The notes under the pieces were generated by a model. That model was not told the DNA's origin and ran no database searches. It worked only from the letters and a program-made list of their open reading frames with translations. Below are positions 63,370-64,000 of a DNA stretch of 64,000 nucleotides, in pieces (positions within the stretch are counted from its first letter, which is position 1; every line of letters begins with the position of its first letter). Origin of the DNA: Lytechinus pictus (lineage: Eukaryota); NCBI RefSeq assembly GCF_037042905.1, contig NC_087263.1, positions 8,062,001 to 8,126,000 of the forward strand. The letters are read 5' to 3'. Both the position numbers and the translations under genes were made by a program.

Positions 63370-64000
63370 GGCTGCGTTTATGCGACCTCAAGCCAGAATC
63401 ATGAATTGAATCATGATTCGAATCATGATTCAAAACACAAACATGAATCACGATATCACAGAATCAGCGTTTAGACGACCTTCATTCCAATGCTGTTTCT
63501 CCTCAGATTCGGGCCAATCCAGTGCGCATCACTAGTGCGCAATTTGACAGAGGAAGTTTTTCGCACGTGCTTCGGCTCTCGAAAAATCTTTTGCTTCCAG
63601 AATTCAGTCTATACCTAATTTTATTTACTTATATCATATAGGGTCCATGTGCTTCTATTCATCTTGTTAATTTATCAAAAATGGTGTTCGGAAGTGAATT
63701 TCAGCGTAGATCCAATTTAATATTGACACTCTATACTCAACAACAACTGAGATCATTGTCTGTCCAGTTAATTCATTTACTAGAACTTGAAGTTGAAGAC
63801 ATGACCAAAAAATGAAAAGTAGTGGACGATGCGATGACCAACACAGAACTTGGACATGACAAGAAATGCATGCAGAGTAATCATGTACATACAATGAGCT
63901 GAGCTTGGCAAGAGTCAAACCGAAAGTAGCCCGACACAGTGAGGTCATATAATCATGATTCAAATCACGATATCGTTTATTCGAACATTTTCGTACGTGA
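63370..64000. mobile_element. Probable Harbinger-type element running off the window
   Basis: TAA followed by GGCTGCGTTTATGCGACC, with repeated AATCATGATT palindromes near 63400 and 63950. The right end is not visible. Confidence 0.45.

Noticed and set aside
48136..64000. Remaining exons of CTLD2 (expected WIGL-type exon)
   Set aside because: I found no convincing candidate by eye. They probably lie beyond the window, or the gene is truncated.

Overview
Eukaryotic (animal) genomic DNA: AT-rich, with introns and dense repeats. The gene and repeat content suggests an echinoderm such as a sea urchin, but this is inference only. Two + strand host genes can be assembled by hand from splice sites. 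(1) A receptor with five divergent SRCR (scavenger receptor cysteine-rich) domains and a GPI-signal-like C-terminus, exons 8850-18498, with an uncertain first exon. (2) A signal-peptide-bearing protein with at least two C-type lectin domains, from 25355 to beyond 48135; its later exons were not found in the window. The 16-kb first intron of the lectin gene is almost entirely one 14.1-kb TGT...ACA foldback element (26854-40966, 5-bp TSD). It contains nested insertions: a Harbinger-type element, a piggyBac derivative, a 49-bp satellite, a Penelope-like retroelement with an uninterrupted RT+GIY-YIG frame and a minimal hammerhead motif, and a decayed CR1/L2-group LINE joined 5'-to-5' to the Penelope. 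Other points of interest are a 72-nt tRNA cloverleaf with a UCA anticodon, a spliced-looking cargo shared by two different Harbinger-type elements, and three sequence-unrelated elements with the same hairpin-plus-inverted-repeat layout. All coordinates were read by eye, and superfamily assignments rest on terminal and TSD signatures, not database searches.
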